A stretch of 61,582 nucleotides of DNA, the filler included. It is 5 parts of 5 records of this genome, joined end to end, with 100 filler letters (N's around TTAATTAATTAA, not from the genome) between each part and the next. Parts side by side here need not be neighbours in the genome. Positions count along the whole stretch, not along the records: positions 33,863 to 50,480 come from SRR31156797_44924; 4 more parts are not named here. One strand, given 5' to 3'. The translations under genes and the position numbers were made by a program. Of the stretch, positions 39,970-49,399 are shown piece by piece (positions within the stretch are counted from its first letter, which is position 1; the number at the start of each line of letters is the position of its first letter). The notes below the pieces were generated by a model. It made no database searches. It was not told the DNA's origin and saw only the letters and a list, made by a program, of their open reading frames with translations.

Positions 39970-42900
39970 ATGGAAAAATACTATACAGGATTTGATATCG
40001 GTACGGATTGTGTGCATGCGGTTGTGATGAACAGCGCATGTGAAATTATCTCTTCACCCAACTCCCTGATGCACTTCGGGAACCCGGCGGATGCGCTGAA
40101 GGAGGTTTACGATGACATCATCGAACAATACGGGTTCGAAAATATCATCACCACCGCCTTCACCGGAAGCGGCGGCGAATACTTCGCAAACATTCTGGGC
40201 GTTCCCTTTTTCCATGACACCATCACCATTCCCGCGGGTATCGGCATCATCGCTCCGGACGCCGACTATATCTTCCATATCGGGGCCAGGGATCCATACT
40301 TTTTCGAACGGGAACAATTCGTAAGGCAGGGAGAGGCCAAATCATTCGTATCGGACCATGCCACGGGCACCAAGTGCGGGGGCGGCAGCGGCATCCTGAT
40401 CACCCGGCAATGCCGGCGCTTCTTTGAAAGTGATTTCCCCGTCAAACTGGGCTCAAACAAACAAACCAACCGTGCCCTCCTTCAGGAACAGCTCCGGAAG
40501 ATCTTCCAAAAAACAGGGGATACGATCAGCGCATCCACCAGGGAAATCGATGTTGGCGGCCGGTGCGGGGTGGTGATCCAGTCGGACATGATTCATCTCC
40601 AGAACCGGGGAGAGGAGATCAGCAACATATTATGCGGGCTCTTTGAAAGAATCATCAAAAATTACGCATCGGACGTCCTCAGGACCCGGCGTTTCGATGA
40701 CAGGAAAAAGGCGGTTGTATCAGGGGGAGTGTTTGAGAACGCCCATCTGGTAAAAATGCTTGAAAAGAAACTGGCAATGGAGATTACGGTCCCCAGGGAT
40801 TTCAAAAAGTCCGGGGCCGTAGGTGCCGTTGTCAAGGCCCGGAATCAAACCGGAAAATTCAACAGCGAAGATCTGCTCTCCATTGCCCGGGCGGAAAAAG
40901 CCACCATCAAAACCACCTCCCCCCTGAACCTGGGACTGGAACATGTCCGCATCTACCATGAGCCAAAGCCCGTTGCCAGGCACGGGGACCTGATCCTCTA
41001 CAACATGGATGACCGGGAGAAGAGAGCGGTTATCCTGGGCATTGACGGGGGCTCGACCACCACAAAAGCCATTGTTGCGGATGCTTCCAGCCTGGACATG
41101 ATCGCTGAGATCTGCCTTTATACCAACGGAAAACCCCTTCAGACGGTCCTTGATATCTTCCGCCAGCTCCGGGAGTGCACAGGCGGCCGCCTCACCATCA
41201 GGGCGGTGGCATATACGGGATCATCCGGCGCCTTCTATCACAAGCTCTTCACCGATGCGTCTCGAAACCCGGAGACCAGAGCCATAGACCTTGTGAAAGA
41301 CGAGATCACCTGCCATGCATTGGGAGTCAAGCATTTCAACCACAAGGTGGATACGATTTTCGAGCTTGGCGGCCAGGATGCCAAGTTTACCCTGTTCAAC
41401 GGGGACGGCACCGTCAAGAAGTCGAAAATGAACCTGAGCTGCATGGCGGGAACAGGCCAGACCATGCAGAACATGATCGAGATGATCGGACTGGATATCG
41501 GCACGTCATTTCATGAGTATGCCCTCAAGGCAAAAAAGACCCCCCTGGTGGACGACACCTGCGGCGTCTTTACGGAAGCGGGGATCGCCCGGCTCATCGC
41601 CCTGGGCTTTCCCAAGGAGGAGATCGCCGCCGCCATTGCCTACGGATTCATGGGGGGATACGTGAACAAGTTTATCGGCAACGAGACCTTCGGAGCGTTT
41701 GCATCCGCCCAGGGCGGCCCCTTCAACGGCAAGGCCTGCCTTGCGGCCCTGGCCCTGCACACGGGCATGGAGGTGCATGCCTTCCCCCACAGGCAGCTCT
41801 TCGGCGCCCAGGGCGCCGTTCTTGCCGCCTTCAATGAAATCAGGGAATGCGAAAAACAGGGTATCCCCTTTGAATCCAAGTTCCGGGGACTGGATCTTGC
41901 CGATGCACGGTTCACCAAAACCGAAAGAAGCTGCAGCACCGTCATCCCGGACTCCTGCACCCTGAAAGACTGCAAACTTGAAGTGTACAAAATCGATGAA
42001 GACTATATCTATTCGGGGGGCGCCTGCCCCAAGGGCAATACGGACACCTGCACCCGAAAGGCCCCTGATTACGTCTCCCGGTACAAAAAAAGGTTGAAGA
42101 AACACCTGGACAGATATACCGTCGACCTGGACAACGAACCCCATAACCAACGGGTCCTGATCCCCAGGAGCCTGACATTCCTCAATGAAAAGGGGGTGTT
42201 TTATACCGCCCTGTATCACTATCTTGGGTTTGATGTGGCTGTCTCCCCGGAATCCGATGACGCCATCGTTGATCTTGGCGTTCACTATTCACACTCTGAG
42301 ACCTGCTTTCCCGTCAAGCTTGCCCACGGCCACGCCGCATTCCTGAAAAAGTATCTGCGGCCGGGCCGGGACAAGATACTGCTGGTGAACGCCATCGGGT
42401 CCGGCTCGAGACAAAAGCGGTTCTGCCCCTATGTCGCGGGGGGCGGGTTCCTTGCCAAGGGTGCCGTTGGGATTGAGAACCGGGACGCCCTGCTTCCGGT
42501 CTTCTATTTCGACGATCCGGCCCACTGCTTTGAAAAAGCCATTTTAAGCGACCTGACACGGGCTTACGGCAGCCGGTTCACCCTTAATGATGTAAACCGC
42601 GCCGTAAAAAAGGCCCAGAAAGCCCAGGAAACCTTCCTGGCCGAGATTTACCAGCTGGGAGATAAAATAGTACGGGGCCTGACGAAAAAGGGAGAACAAA
42701 TTTTCATCGGCATCGGAAGGGGGTACACCCTCCTGGATAACAAGGCCAGCTCTTCCATTCACGACCTGTTTGCGTCATACGGTCTCCACTTTATTCCTTC
42801 GTTTTTTATCCGGCCGCCCGACCACGACATCAACGATATTGCGGAAAACATGTACTGGGTCCAGGGAGAGAGGATCATTCGCGACACCCTTGAATCCGCC

Positions 42901-44412
42901 CTGAGATTCAACTGCTTCCCGGTCAGGGCGACCAACTTCAACTGCGGCACGGATTCCATCCTCCTCTACCATGAGGAGTATATTATGAATACCGCGGAAA
43001 AACCCCACCTGGTGCTGCAGACCGACGGGCACTCGAGCAATGCCCAGTTCGGAACACGGACCCTTGCCAATTATGAGGTCGTCAAAAAACACAAACCCAG
43101 GATGCTGCGCATTGACGCGTTCAGAAAGCCACGCCCGCAACTGATCCTGAAAGATAAACTCATCGGCATCCCCTATATGGGAGACAACGCCCATATCCTC
43201 TCGGCCACTTTCAAAGCCATCGGGCTCAAATCCGAGGTGATGCCCACAAGAACAAAAGCCGCCCGGGAGATCGCCAGGAAAATCGTGGGAACAAACACCT
43301 GCGTCCCCTTTTCCTACCAGGTGGGCGACAGCATTGCCTGGCTGCACTCCCTCGAGGAGAGAGGCTTCGACCCCAAAAAGGATGCGGTGATTTTTCAGCC
43401 CATGGCCCAGGGCCCCTGCCGGTTCGGCCAGTACCATGTTCTTTTGAAACAGATTTACAGGGAAAACGGCCTGGGATCGGTGGATCTCTTCAGTCCCGAC
43501 GCCGACCGGGACTACACGAACGTTCCCATAACCGACACTGAAATCGTGCTACAGGCCATGGCCCTTTTCAAGGGCATCTGCTGCCAGGATATCCTGGGAA
43601 ACGCCCTTTTAAGGACCCGCCCCTATGAGAAAGAGAAGGGGGCCGCCCAGGAAATGTACGAACGTCTCACCGCCAGGCTCTATGAAATGATCGGAAGAAA
43701 CGCCAGGACAAAAGAGATCGTTCCGTTCATGACCGAGGCAAAGGATAAATTCGAGGCCCTCCTCGATCCCGGAATCAAACGAAAACCCATTGTGGTCGTA
43801 AACGGTGAAATTTTTGTGCGCCTCCATGAAAAAGCCAACCAGCACTCCATTCTTCTCCTGGAGAAATACGGCCTTGAAACCAAGCTGGCCCCCATTGGCC
43901 AGTGGATAGAGTATACAAACAAAACCGCCATCCGGGAGTTCAAACGCAGCGGTGACTGGAAAAAATATTTCTTTGCCCGCCTGAAAAAAAACTACATGCG
44001 GAACCGAGGAGAAAAACTCTACGCCCCCTTCCGGCAATACCTGGAAGGACGGAAGTGCCACGAGTCGGACCATATCATCAGCTACATCCAGAACGCCCTT
44101 GTCTATGACAAACATATCCAGGGGGAATCCCCCATATCCATTGGTGAAGCCTACATGTTCACCAAGGGAGAGATGCCGGAAGTCAGCGGCATTTACCATG
44201 TGGGACCCTTCGGCTGCATGCAGGAAACCGCCGCCACCTCCCAGATCCAGTCCATCACCCAGCAGCACAGGGAGAGCGCCGTCACCATCCATGACCGGAT
44301 CATTCCCTTCATGGATGCTGTTTTCGGAGACTCGGAACTGCCCAACCTGGAAGCGGAAATCGCCGTATTTGCGGAAAAATGCTACCTGAAACAGGAACTC
44401 AACAATAAATAA
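39970..44412 (+). CDS. Multidomain CoA-substrate enzyme activase (two BadF/BcrAD-type ASKHA ATPase domains plus DUF2229-like C-terminal region)
   Basis: GFDIG, FTGSG, TKCGGGSG; GIDGGSTTTK, ELGGQDAK, SCMAGTG, CGVFT; ETCFPVKLAHGH, NFNCGTD, GPCRFGQY, PFGCM. Confidence 0.88.
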   Translation: MEKYYTGFDIGTDCVHAVVMNSACEIISSPNSLMHFGNPADALKEVYDDIIEQYGFENIITTAFTGSGGEYFANILGVPFFHDTITIPAGIGIIAPDADYIFHIGARDPYFFEREQFVRQGEAKSFVSDHATGTKCGGGSGILITRQCRRFFESDFPVKLGSNKQTNRALLQEQLRKIFQKTGDTISASTREIDVGGRCGVVIQSDMIHLQNRGEEISNILCGLFERIIKNYASDVLRTRRFDDRKKAVVSGGVFENAHLVKMLEKKLAMEITVPRDFKKSGAVGAVVKARNQTGKFNSEDLLSIARAEKATIKTTSPLNLGLEHVRIYHEPKPVARHGDLILYNMDDREKRAVILGIDGGSTTTKAIVADASSLDMIAEICLYTNGKPLQTVLDIFRQLRECTGGRLTIRAVAYTGSSGAFYHKLFTDASRNPETRAIDLVKDEITCHALGVKHFNHKVDTIFELGGQDAKFTLFNGDGTVKKSKMNLSCMAGTGQTMQNMIEMIGLDIGTSFHEYALKAKKTPLVDDTCGVFTEAGIARLIALGFPKEEIAAAIAYGFMGGYVNKFIGNETFGAFASAQGGPFNGKACLAALALHTGMEVHAFPHRQLFGAQGAVLAAFNEIRECEKQGIPFESKFRGLDLADARFTKTERSCSTVIPDSCTLKDCKLEVYKIDEDYIYSGGACPKGNTDTCTRKAPDYVSRYKKRLKKHLDRYTVDLDNEPHNQRVLIPRSLTFLNEKGVFYTALYHYLGFDVAVSPESDDAIVDLGVHYSHSETCFPVKLAHGHAAFLKKYLRPGRDKILLVNAIGSGSRQKRFCPYVAGGGFLAKGAVGIENRDALLPVFYFDDPAHCFEKAILSDLTRAYGSRFTLNDVNRAVKKAQKAQETFLAEIYQLGDKIVRGLTKKGEQIFIGIGRGYTLLDNKASSSIHDLFASYGLHFIPSFFIRPPDHDINDIAENMYWVQGERIIRDTLESALRFNCFPVRATNFNCGTDSILLYHEEYIMNTAEKPHLVLQTDGHSSNAQFGTRTLANYEVVKKHKPRMLRIDAFRKPRPQLILKDKLIGIPYMGDNAHILSATFKAIGLKSEVMPTRTKAAREIARKIVGTNTCVPFSYQVGDSIAWLHSLEERGFDPKKDAVIFQPMAQGPCRFGQYHVLLKQIYRENGLGSVDLFSPDADRDYTNVPITDTEIVLQAMALFKGICCQDILGNALLRTRPYEKEKGAAQEMYERLTARLYEMIGRNARTKEIVPFMTEAKDKFEALLDPGIKRKPIVVVNGEIFVRLHEKANQHSILLLEKYGLETKLAPIGQWIEYTNKTAIREFKRSGDWKKYFFARLKKNYMRNRGEKLYAPFRQYLEGRKCHESDHIISYIQNALVYDKHIQGESPISIGEAYMFTKGEMPEVSGIYHVGPFGCMQETAATSQIQSITQQHRESAVTIHDRIIPFMDAVFGDSELPNLEAEIAVFAEKCYLKQELNNK

Positions 44413-44506
44413 GGTTCATGTCGCCTCCCTGTTTTTGGATTTTCAGGACGTATCAGGATGACCGCATCACGCCGGGCGCCCCTGGTCCCTTCTGCGAGCT
44501 TTTAAA

Positions 44507-45256
44507 TCACAGATAGAGCAACCCGTGATCCATAGCCTTGGCAACGGCTTGCTGCGAATTGACCGCATCAAGTTTGCAAAGGATATTCCGGGTGTGGAAC
44601 TCAACGGTTCGGTTGCTGATTTTCAAGATAATTGAAATATCCCAGGCCGATTTACCCTTTGTAATCCATGACAACACCTCAATTTCCCTGGGCGTCAGCC
44701 TGGGGCAGGGTTCATTTTCTGTAAAGTGAATTCGCCGAATGGCTTGGCAGAGATGAGGCAACATATGATTGAGCATTTTTTCTGACCGAGAGGAATATTT
44801 CATTGTTTTACCGGCGATTGAAATTACCGCACACTCGGAGGTTCTTTTACCCCGGCTGGTAAAAATCCAGCCGCCATTCAAACCAAATGTCGACGCTTCA
44901 TCCAAAACGATTCGCGATGCATCACTTCCGTATTTTTTCTCTGCATCTTTCCAGTTGGAAAGGCCGTCGTTGTAGAACCCGTAAAGGGCCACACTATCAT
45001 TCAGGACATATCCTTTTGAATTATATCGTTCTTCCCATTCTTCGGGAAAAGAAACGATCATCTTCACCGCTTCCATTTTCTGGGAAAACATAAGAGATTT
45101 ATCCAGATAGGCACATCGCACATGATCATAACCGACCAAGGCGTTCAACTGGCTGAGAAGTGTGAGATAATCCTCTTTTTTTTGACAGCACAAGGCATCA
45201 TGTATCAAGTCCAGTGCACCATTCGCATCACGCTTTGACAATTCTCTCCTATCCAT
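44507..45256 (-). CDS. LuxR-family regulator with autoinducer-binding domain (no adjacent luxI seen)
   Basis: FPEEW..RY....Y...D, NW, FGL..G and HTH LTPREIEVLSWITKGKSAWDIS; ATG 45256 has a GGAG RBS (alternative TTG at 45268). Confidence 0.9.
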   Translation of the reverse strand: MDRRELSKRDANGALDLIHDALCCQKKEDYLTLLSQLNALVGYDHVRCAYLDKSLMFSQKMEAVKMIVSFPEEWEERYNSKGYVLNDSVALYGFYNDGLSNWKDAEKKYGSDASRIVLDEASTFGLNGGWIFTSRGKRTSECAVISIAGKTMKYSSRSEKMLNHMLPHLCQAIRRIHFTENEPCPRLTPREIEVLSWITKGKSAWDISIILKISNRTVEFHTRNILCKLDAVNSQQAVAKAMDHGLLYL

Positions 45257-45490
45257 CAACAGCTCCAATCAGCCGAACAAAATGTGAGTTAAGAGATCCA
45301 GAACCACTTGAGACTTAATGAAACGACAGCTATCAACACATGAATGCAACTTACATAAAACTAAAAAAACAAAAGTTCAAGTGTTTTTTCCGTCCAAGGA
45401 TGGCATTTAACCAGCACATTTCACACCCCCCATGCATGCCGCTAAGGTTCAATATAATTACAGACTTTTACAGACAAAAATAAAGCTCCT

Positions 45491-45537
45491 ACCTAGTGAA
45501 TTCACCAGTTTTCAAAAATTATCATATCAATTATAAA
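45491..45537 (+). promoter_or_regulatory. lux-box-like operator and putative -10 element
   Basis: 20-bp ACCTAGTGAATTCACCAGTT: 8 of 10 palindromic pairs, fits NNCT-N12-AGNN; TATAAA at 45532-45537 at class II activator spacing. Confidence 0.55.
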
Positions 45538-45958
45538 CAGTTCTTGTTGAGAAAAACGCGATGATAGGGTTCTTTGATCGCATATTCAAGCGCCACCCAT
45601 CGTGACTGAATCGCCTATGCATATGCAGCATGTTGTTTATAAACCACCAATGGCCGGCTGGAACCGGTCGAAGATTCAGTCCTGCGTTTTACCCTGATAG
45701 GAAGAATGGATATGCGCCGGGCAAACCAGGTCCATCTCTGAACGGTCATTTTTTTGTCTTTCATGCAGCCCTGGATGGTCACCGCTTTTTTCTCCCTTGT
45801 GAACCGCCGGCAGATTTTTCATCTGCTTTCCCTTGCTGCGGAAGTACGGAAAGGATGCGCCGATACGGTCTATTGGGGCGGCGGAACTGATCAAAATTGT
45901 TTATAAGCCATGAAAGGACCAAACAAATTTTTATTTTTAACATAACACAGGGTGAACA

Positions 45959-47464
45959 ATGACAGACCTGCCCCTATGGAAAAATCGGTCGGGCGCCTGG
46001 GTTCAGGATGATGAAAAAAAACGATTTTTCATGCAGGCTTACAATGGGGGCCGGCCGGTCTCTGACGGATCAGGATCAGAGGTCCTCCTGGGCGCCAAAT
46101 GGCACCGGACCAGCAATCAGACAGTCAAATGCGGAGGATTGTTTCCGCCGGACTTCAGATTCTGCCCCTTTTGCGGGGAAAAATTATCGGGGCTGGAAAA
46201 CAGGAAAGACAAATGGTGCCCGCCGTTTGGCGGAACAAATGGCCTCCGCTTATTGTCCTCCCCAGTTGACGCCGGCGCCCTGGGGAAAATCCAACGGGAC
46301 GGGTCCGCCATTGCACAGGAAAAAAACAGTCTTTCAATGCCCCGCCCGGGAGACCATGAGTTCATTGTTGCAAATTCGGGAAACAACCGGTCAATATTGA
46401 TCGCCTTTGATAAAAACAAAGGCCTGGTAGACTACTTCAGCCCGGCAGCCCGCAGGTGGATCCCACTGCCCCTGAAAAAAGGGGAGAAACCGGTTGCCTC
46501 CAGCCGGCTCCCCGCATGGAGCTGGGCCGCCGCATTTGCTGAGGAAAAAAGGGTCTCAGGGTTCGGCGTCCCCACCGATAAAGGGCCTGTGTGGGTTGCC
46601 ATTGACTGGGAGAAACAGAATGTCAGGCAGGTGTCCGGCCCGGACCGAGCCATCGGCGGGGCCGCCGGATTCAGCAACCGGATTTTTATTCCCGTATTAG
46701 CCGACAAGGGCGTCTCCATCACCGAATTCAACCCAGCCGGTATGACCTGGCAAGAAGCCGCCCATGTATCCGTTCCCCCGGAAGCAGGCATTTTCTCCGT
46801 TCCCGTGGTAGATGAGGACCGGCAAACCGTTTACTGGATCAGTGGGCACGGCATGCTCATCTTTGAGGCGGCGGGCGGCACATGCCGATGGCGGCCCTGG
46901 AAAAAGGACTCCGATGACTGCAGGGCCGTACCGGAATTTGGTCCGCCATTCAGGGACTCCCTGGGGGATTTCTGGCAAATCTGCTATGATGAACCGGAAG
47001 ACGCCTTCAGGTATTTCAAGCTGAACGGGGACGAGGCCGATTATGAATATGCCGACGGCGGCCGGTTTACATCGGGCATCTCCTGTTTCAGCAAACCCTA
47101 TGACCATTGGGACAAGCCTTGGACAACGGTGGATGAAATGCTGGAGGAGCGGGCAGGCGCCATCCGGTTCCCCCTGCTATGTCTTGATGAGGCCGAAAAA
47201 CTGACCCTGATTGCCAGCTTTGGATCTACCGCCAGCCCCCCGCTTCTGAAACTCATCCGGGATACCCATACCCCTTTTACTGTGGACTTTTTCATTGAAG
47301 GCCCGGATCAGCTTCCCATCCCCCTGGAAACCCGGGAATCCCTCAACATTTATTCGCCCTGGGAACTCAGGGTGTTTGTCTACGATAATTACTTATACCT
47401 GTATTTAAACGAAAGCGCTCAATGCTGCAGATGGAGGTTACGTCATGACCCTTCGAGGTCCTAA
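45959..47464 (+). CDS. Hypothetical protein, N-terminal zinc-ribbon-like motif and beta-rich body
   Basis: 501-aa ORF; KC...FCPFCG; many W/F/Y-rich short strands; overlaps the next gene. Confidence 0.75.
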   Translation: MTDLPLWKNRSGAWVQDDEKKRFFMQAYNGGRPVSDGSGSEVLLGAKWHRTSNQTVKCGGLFPPDFRFCPFCGEKLSGLENRKDKWCPPFGGTNGLRLLSSPVDAGALGKIQRDGSAIAQEKNSLSMPRPGDHEFIVANSGNNRSILIAFDKNKGLVDYFSPAARRWIPLPLKKGEKPVASSRLPAWSWAAAFAEEKRVSGFGVPTDKGPVWVAIDWEKQNVRQVSGPDRAIGGAAGFSNRIFIPVLADKGVSITEFNPAGMTWQEAAHVSVPPEAGIFSVPVVDEDRQTVYWISGHGMLIFEAAGGTCRWRPWKKDSDDCRAVPEFGPPFRDSLGDFWQICYDEPEDAFRYFKLNGDEADYEYADGGRFTSGISCFSKPYDHWDKPWTTVDEMLEERAGAIRFPLLCLDEAEKLTLIASFGSTASPPLLKLIRDTHTPFTVDFFIEGPDQLPIPLETRESLNIYSPWELRVFVYDNYLYLYLNESAQCCRWRLRHDPSRS

Positions 47465-48947
47465 CCCCGGGCGGACGATCATGAACCTGGCTTTCGGGTT
47501 GGCATTGATTTTCTCTCCTTCAGCCGCCTTTGCCGCCCCCCAGCCGATTCTCAATGTCTATCTGGTACAGAACTCCGGATGGATGGAACCCTTTTACACG
47601 GACAAAAACGCCAAGTTCAAACCATTGATCGCCGGAGTCGTTGAACGGACCAGTCCCCCAAACGGCGAGGTTGTCTTGGCAGCCTTCAACCAGCGCATCA
47701 AGGACAACCCCTCCCCTGCCCTGGCCTACCGTGGAAAGGACAGGGCCTTGATGCTGGCTGCCCTTGAAACGATTGTCCCTGCCAAAAAACCGGGCAGTAC
47801 GGCATTTGCCGATACGGACTTCAAAGAAGCGGTCACCAGCTCCATCAACCAGTACTCCCCTGGCCGTCCCTGTATTCTCTGGATATTTACCAACAACAAA
47901 AACAGCCCGGACAATGATCCCAAAACCGCAGCCAAGAACAAGGAATTTTACAGCTGGCTCAGGAATGAAGAAAACATTCGGCGAATCATGGCCTATCCCT
48001 TGTCCATGCCCGTAAAAGGCAGGCATTACCAGGCGAACGGCTTGATGATCTATGCCATGGCCCATGGGGAACCGGCCGACCGGGTGCTGTATAAAATCGC
48101 CGAAGCCCGTCTTCCGTTTGGGGAACGGGCGGCCAGATTAAAGCCCCTGGATTCAGAAGCCGTGACATTCATTCCCACTGCCGCCGGCGGCCAGGATAAT
48201 GTGACAGCCGCCATGGGAAAAGACGGGAACACCTTGGTTCTTCAATTTAAATCCTCTGGAAAACCGGAAATCGCCACCATCAATGGCCACTTTATCAACG
48301 ATTTTTTTCCCTATGATATCCGAACGGCAAAGGTCTCCCTTACCGTCAAATTCAAAGGAGGCGACCACGGAATCCGATCCCTGCTCAGCCCGGACACCAT
48401 TGAATCCGTTGCACCGGGCAACCAGACCCGACCCGTGACCGTAAAAATAGGAATCCCCCCCCTGCCCAGCATATGGAAGAATCCGGGAATCATTTTCAAA
48501 AGCGGATACCAGGAGCCGGCCGTCATGGAATTTGCCCTTGCCCGCCAGGAACTCCACCTTTCGGCCGATTTTCTGAACAAGCTGAATGCCCTGTTCCCCG
48601 ATGACCCCCTGCCGGCTATCTTTCTTCCCGACCGCTCCGCTAACCGGTCCTTGACCCTGAAACCCCTGTTGATCGATGTTGCATATCCGGCATGGCCCCT
48701 GATACTGCTCGGAGGGCCTGCCCTGGCCTTCCTGGTGGGCGGCCTCTGGCTGCTCGCTGCAACAACCCGTAAGAAAAAATTCACCATTTCCGTGGACGGA
48801 ACCCAGAAAACCTATCATCTCAAGGCCTTTGGCCAAGCCACCCTGTATTCGGAAACAGGGGAGTCCATGGGCAGTATCAGGCGGGGCCTTGGAAAACCCG
48901 CACTGCATCTGGATGAAAACCGGGACGAACAGGTCCGTCTTTTGTAA
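47445..48947 (+). CDS. Exported, membrane-anchored vWA-like protein with degenerate MIDAS
   Basis: Signal peptide (..SAAFA); YLVQNSGWM, DTDF and LWIFTNN at MIDAS-equivalent positions; C-terminal TM followed by RKKK; GGAGGT RBS. Confidence 0.7.
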   Translation: MTLRGPNPGRTIMNLAFGLALIFSPSAAFAAPQPILNVYLVQNSGWMEPFYTDKNAKFKPLIAGVVERTSPPNGEVVLAAFNQRIKDNPSPALAYRGKDRALMLAALETIVPAKKPGSTAFADTDFKEAVTSSINQYSPGRPCILWIFTNNKNSPDNDPKTAAKNKEFYSWLRNEENIRRIMAYPLSMPVKGRHYQANGLMIYAMAHGEPADRVLYKIAEARLPFGERAARLKPLDSEAVTFIPTAAGGQDNVTAAMGKDGNTLVLQFKSSGKPEIATINGHFINDFFPYDIRTAKVSLTVKFKGGDHGIRSLLSPDTIESVAPGNQTRPVTVKIGIPPLPSIWKNPGIIFKSGYQEPAVMEFALARQELHLSADFLNKLNALFPDDPLPAIFLPDRSANRSLTLKPLLIDVAYPAWPLILLGGPALAFLVGGLWLLAATTRKKKFTISVDGTQKTYHLKAFGQATLYSETGESMGSIRRGLGKPALHLDENRDEQVRLL

Positions 48948-48975
48948 CCCTATTTTCCATTATAAGGAGGCATGA

Positions 48976-49371
48976 ATGTCCGACCAGAACCAGGAACTGA
49001 CCGAGATTGAGAAAATCTTTGGCACCGCCACCACGGTTATTCCAAAAGAATCTGCCCTTCCGACCGCTCCCGACCTGAAACCCAAAGAAATGGCCATGGC
49101 CGGCGGGACCCTGCTGGTGGCTGCCATTCTCTTTGCGGTCATCAAAAACTTTATGTCAAAAATGCTGGTGGCCAAATGCAAAACATCTCCCCGGGCCGCA
49201 GACATGGCCGGCTGGGCCCTGTTTTTCCTGATGCTGCTGTCGGCCTTTGCCACGGCCCTGGGAATTCTGGATTCAACCAAGCTGTTTGCCCTTCCCTACC
49301 TCGTGCCCATCTGCATTGCCATGATGGGCGCCATGCTCATGCTGATGATGGCCCTTTTGTCCAAACAATAG
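48976..49371 (+). CDS. Small 3-TM membrane protein
   Basis: Three hydrophobic segments; TAAGGAGG RBS. Confidence 0.75.
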   Translation: MSDQNQELTEIEKIFGTATTVIPKESALPTAPDLKPKEMAMAGGTLLVAAILFAVIKNFMSKMLVAKCKTSPRAADMAGWALFFLMLLSAFATALGILDSTKLFALPYLVPICIAMMGAMLMLMMALLSKQ

Positions 49372-49399
49372 TCCACAAACAGCTTAGGAGAAAAAGATC

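Noticed and set aside
45560-45890. Possible luxI remnant or small gene after the lux-box-like site
   Set aside because: No AHL-synthase motifs recognisable in the three forward frames; no convincing RBS
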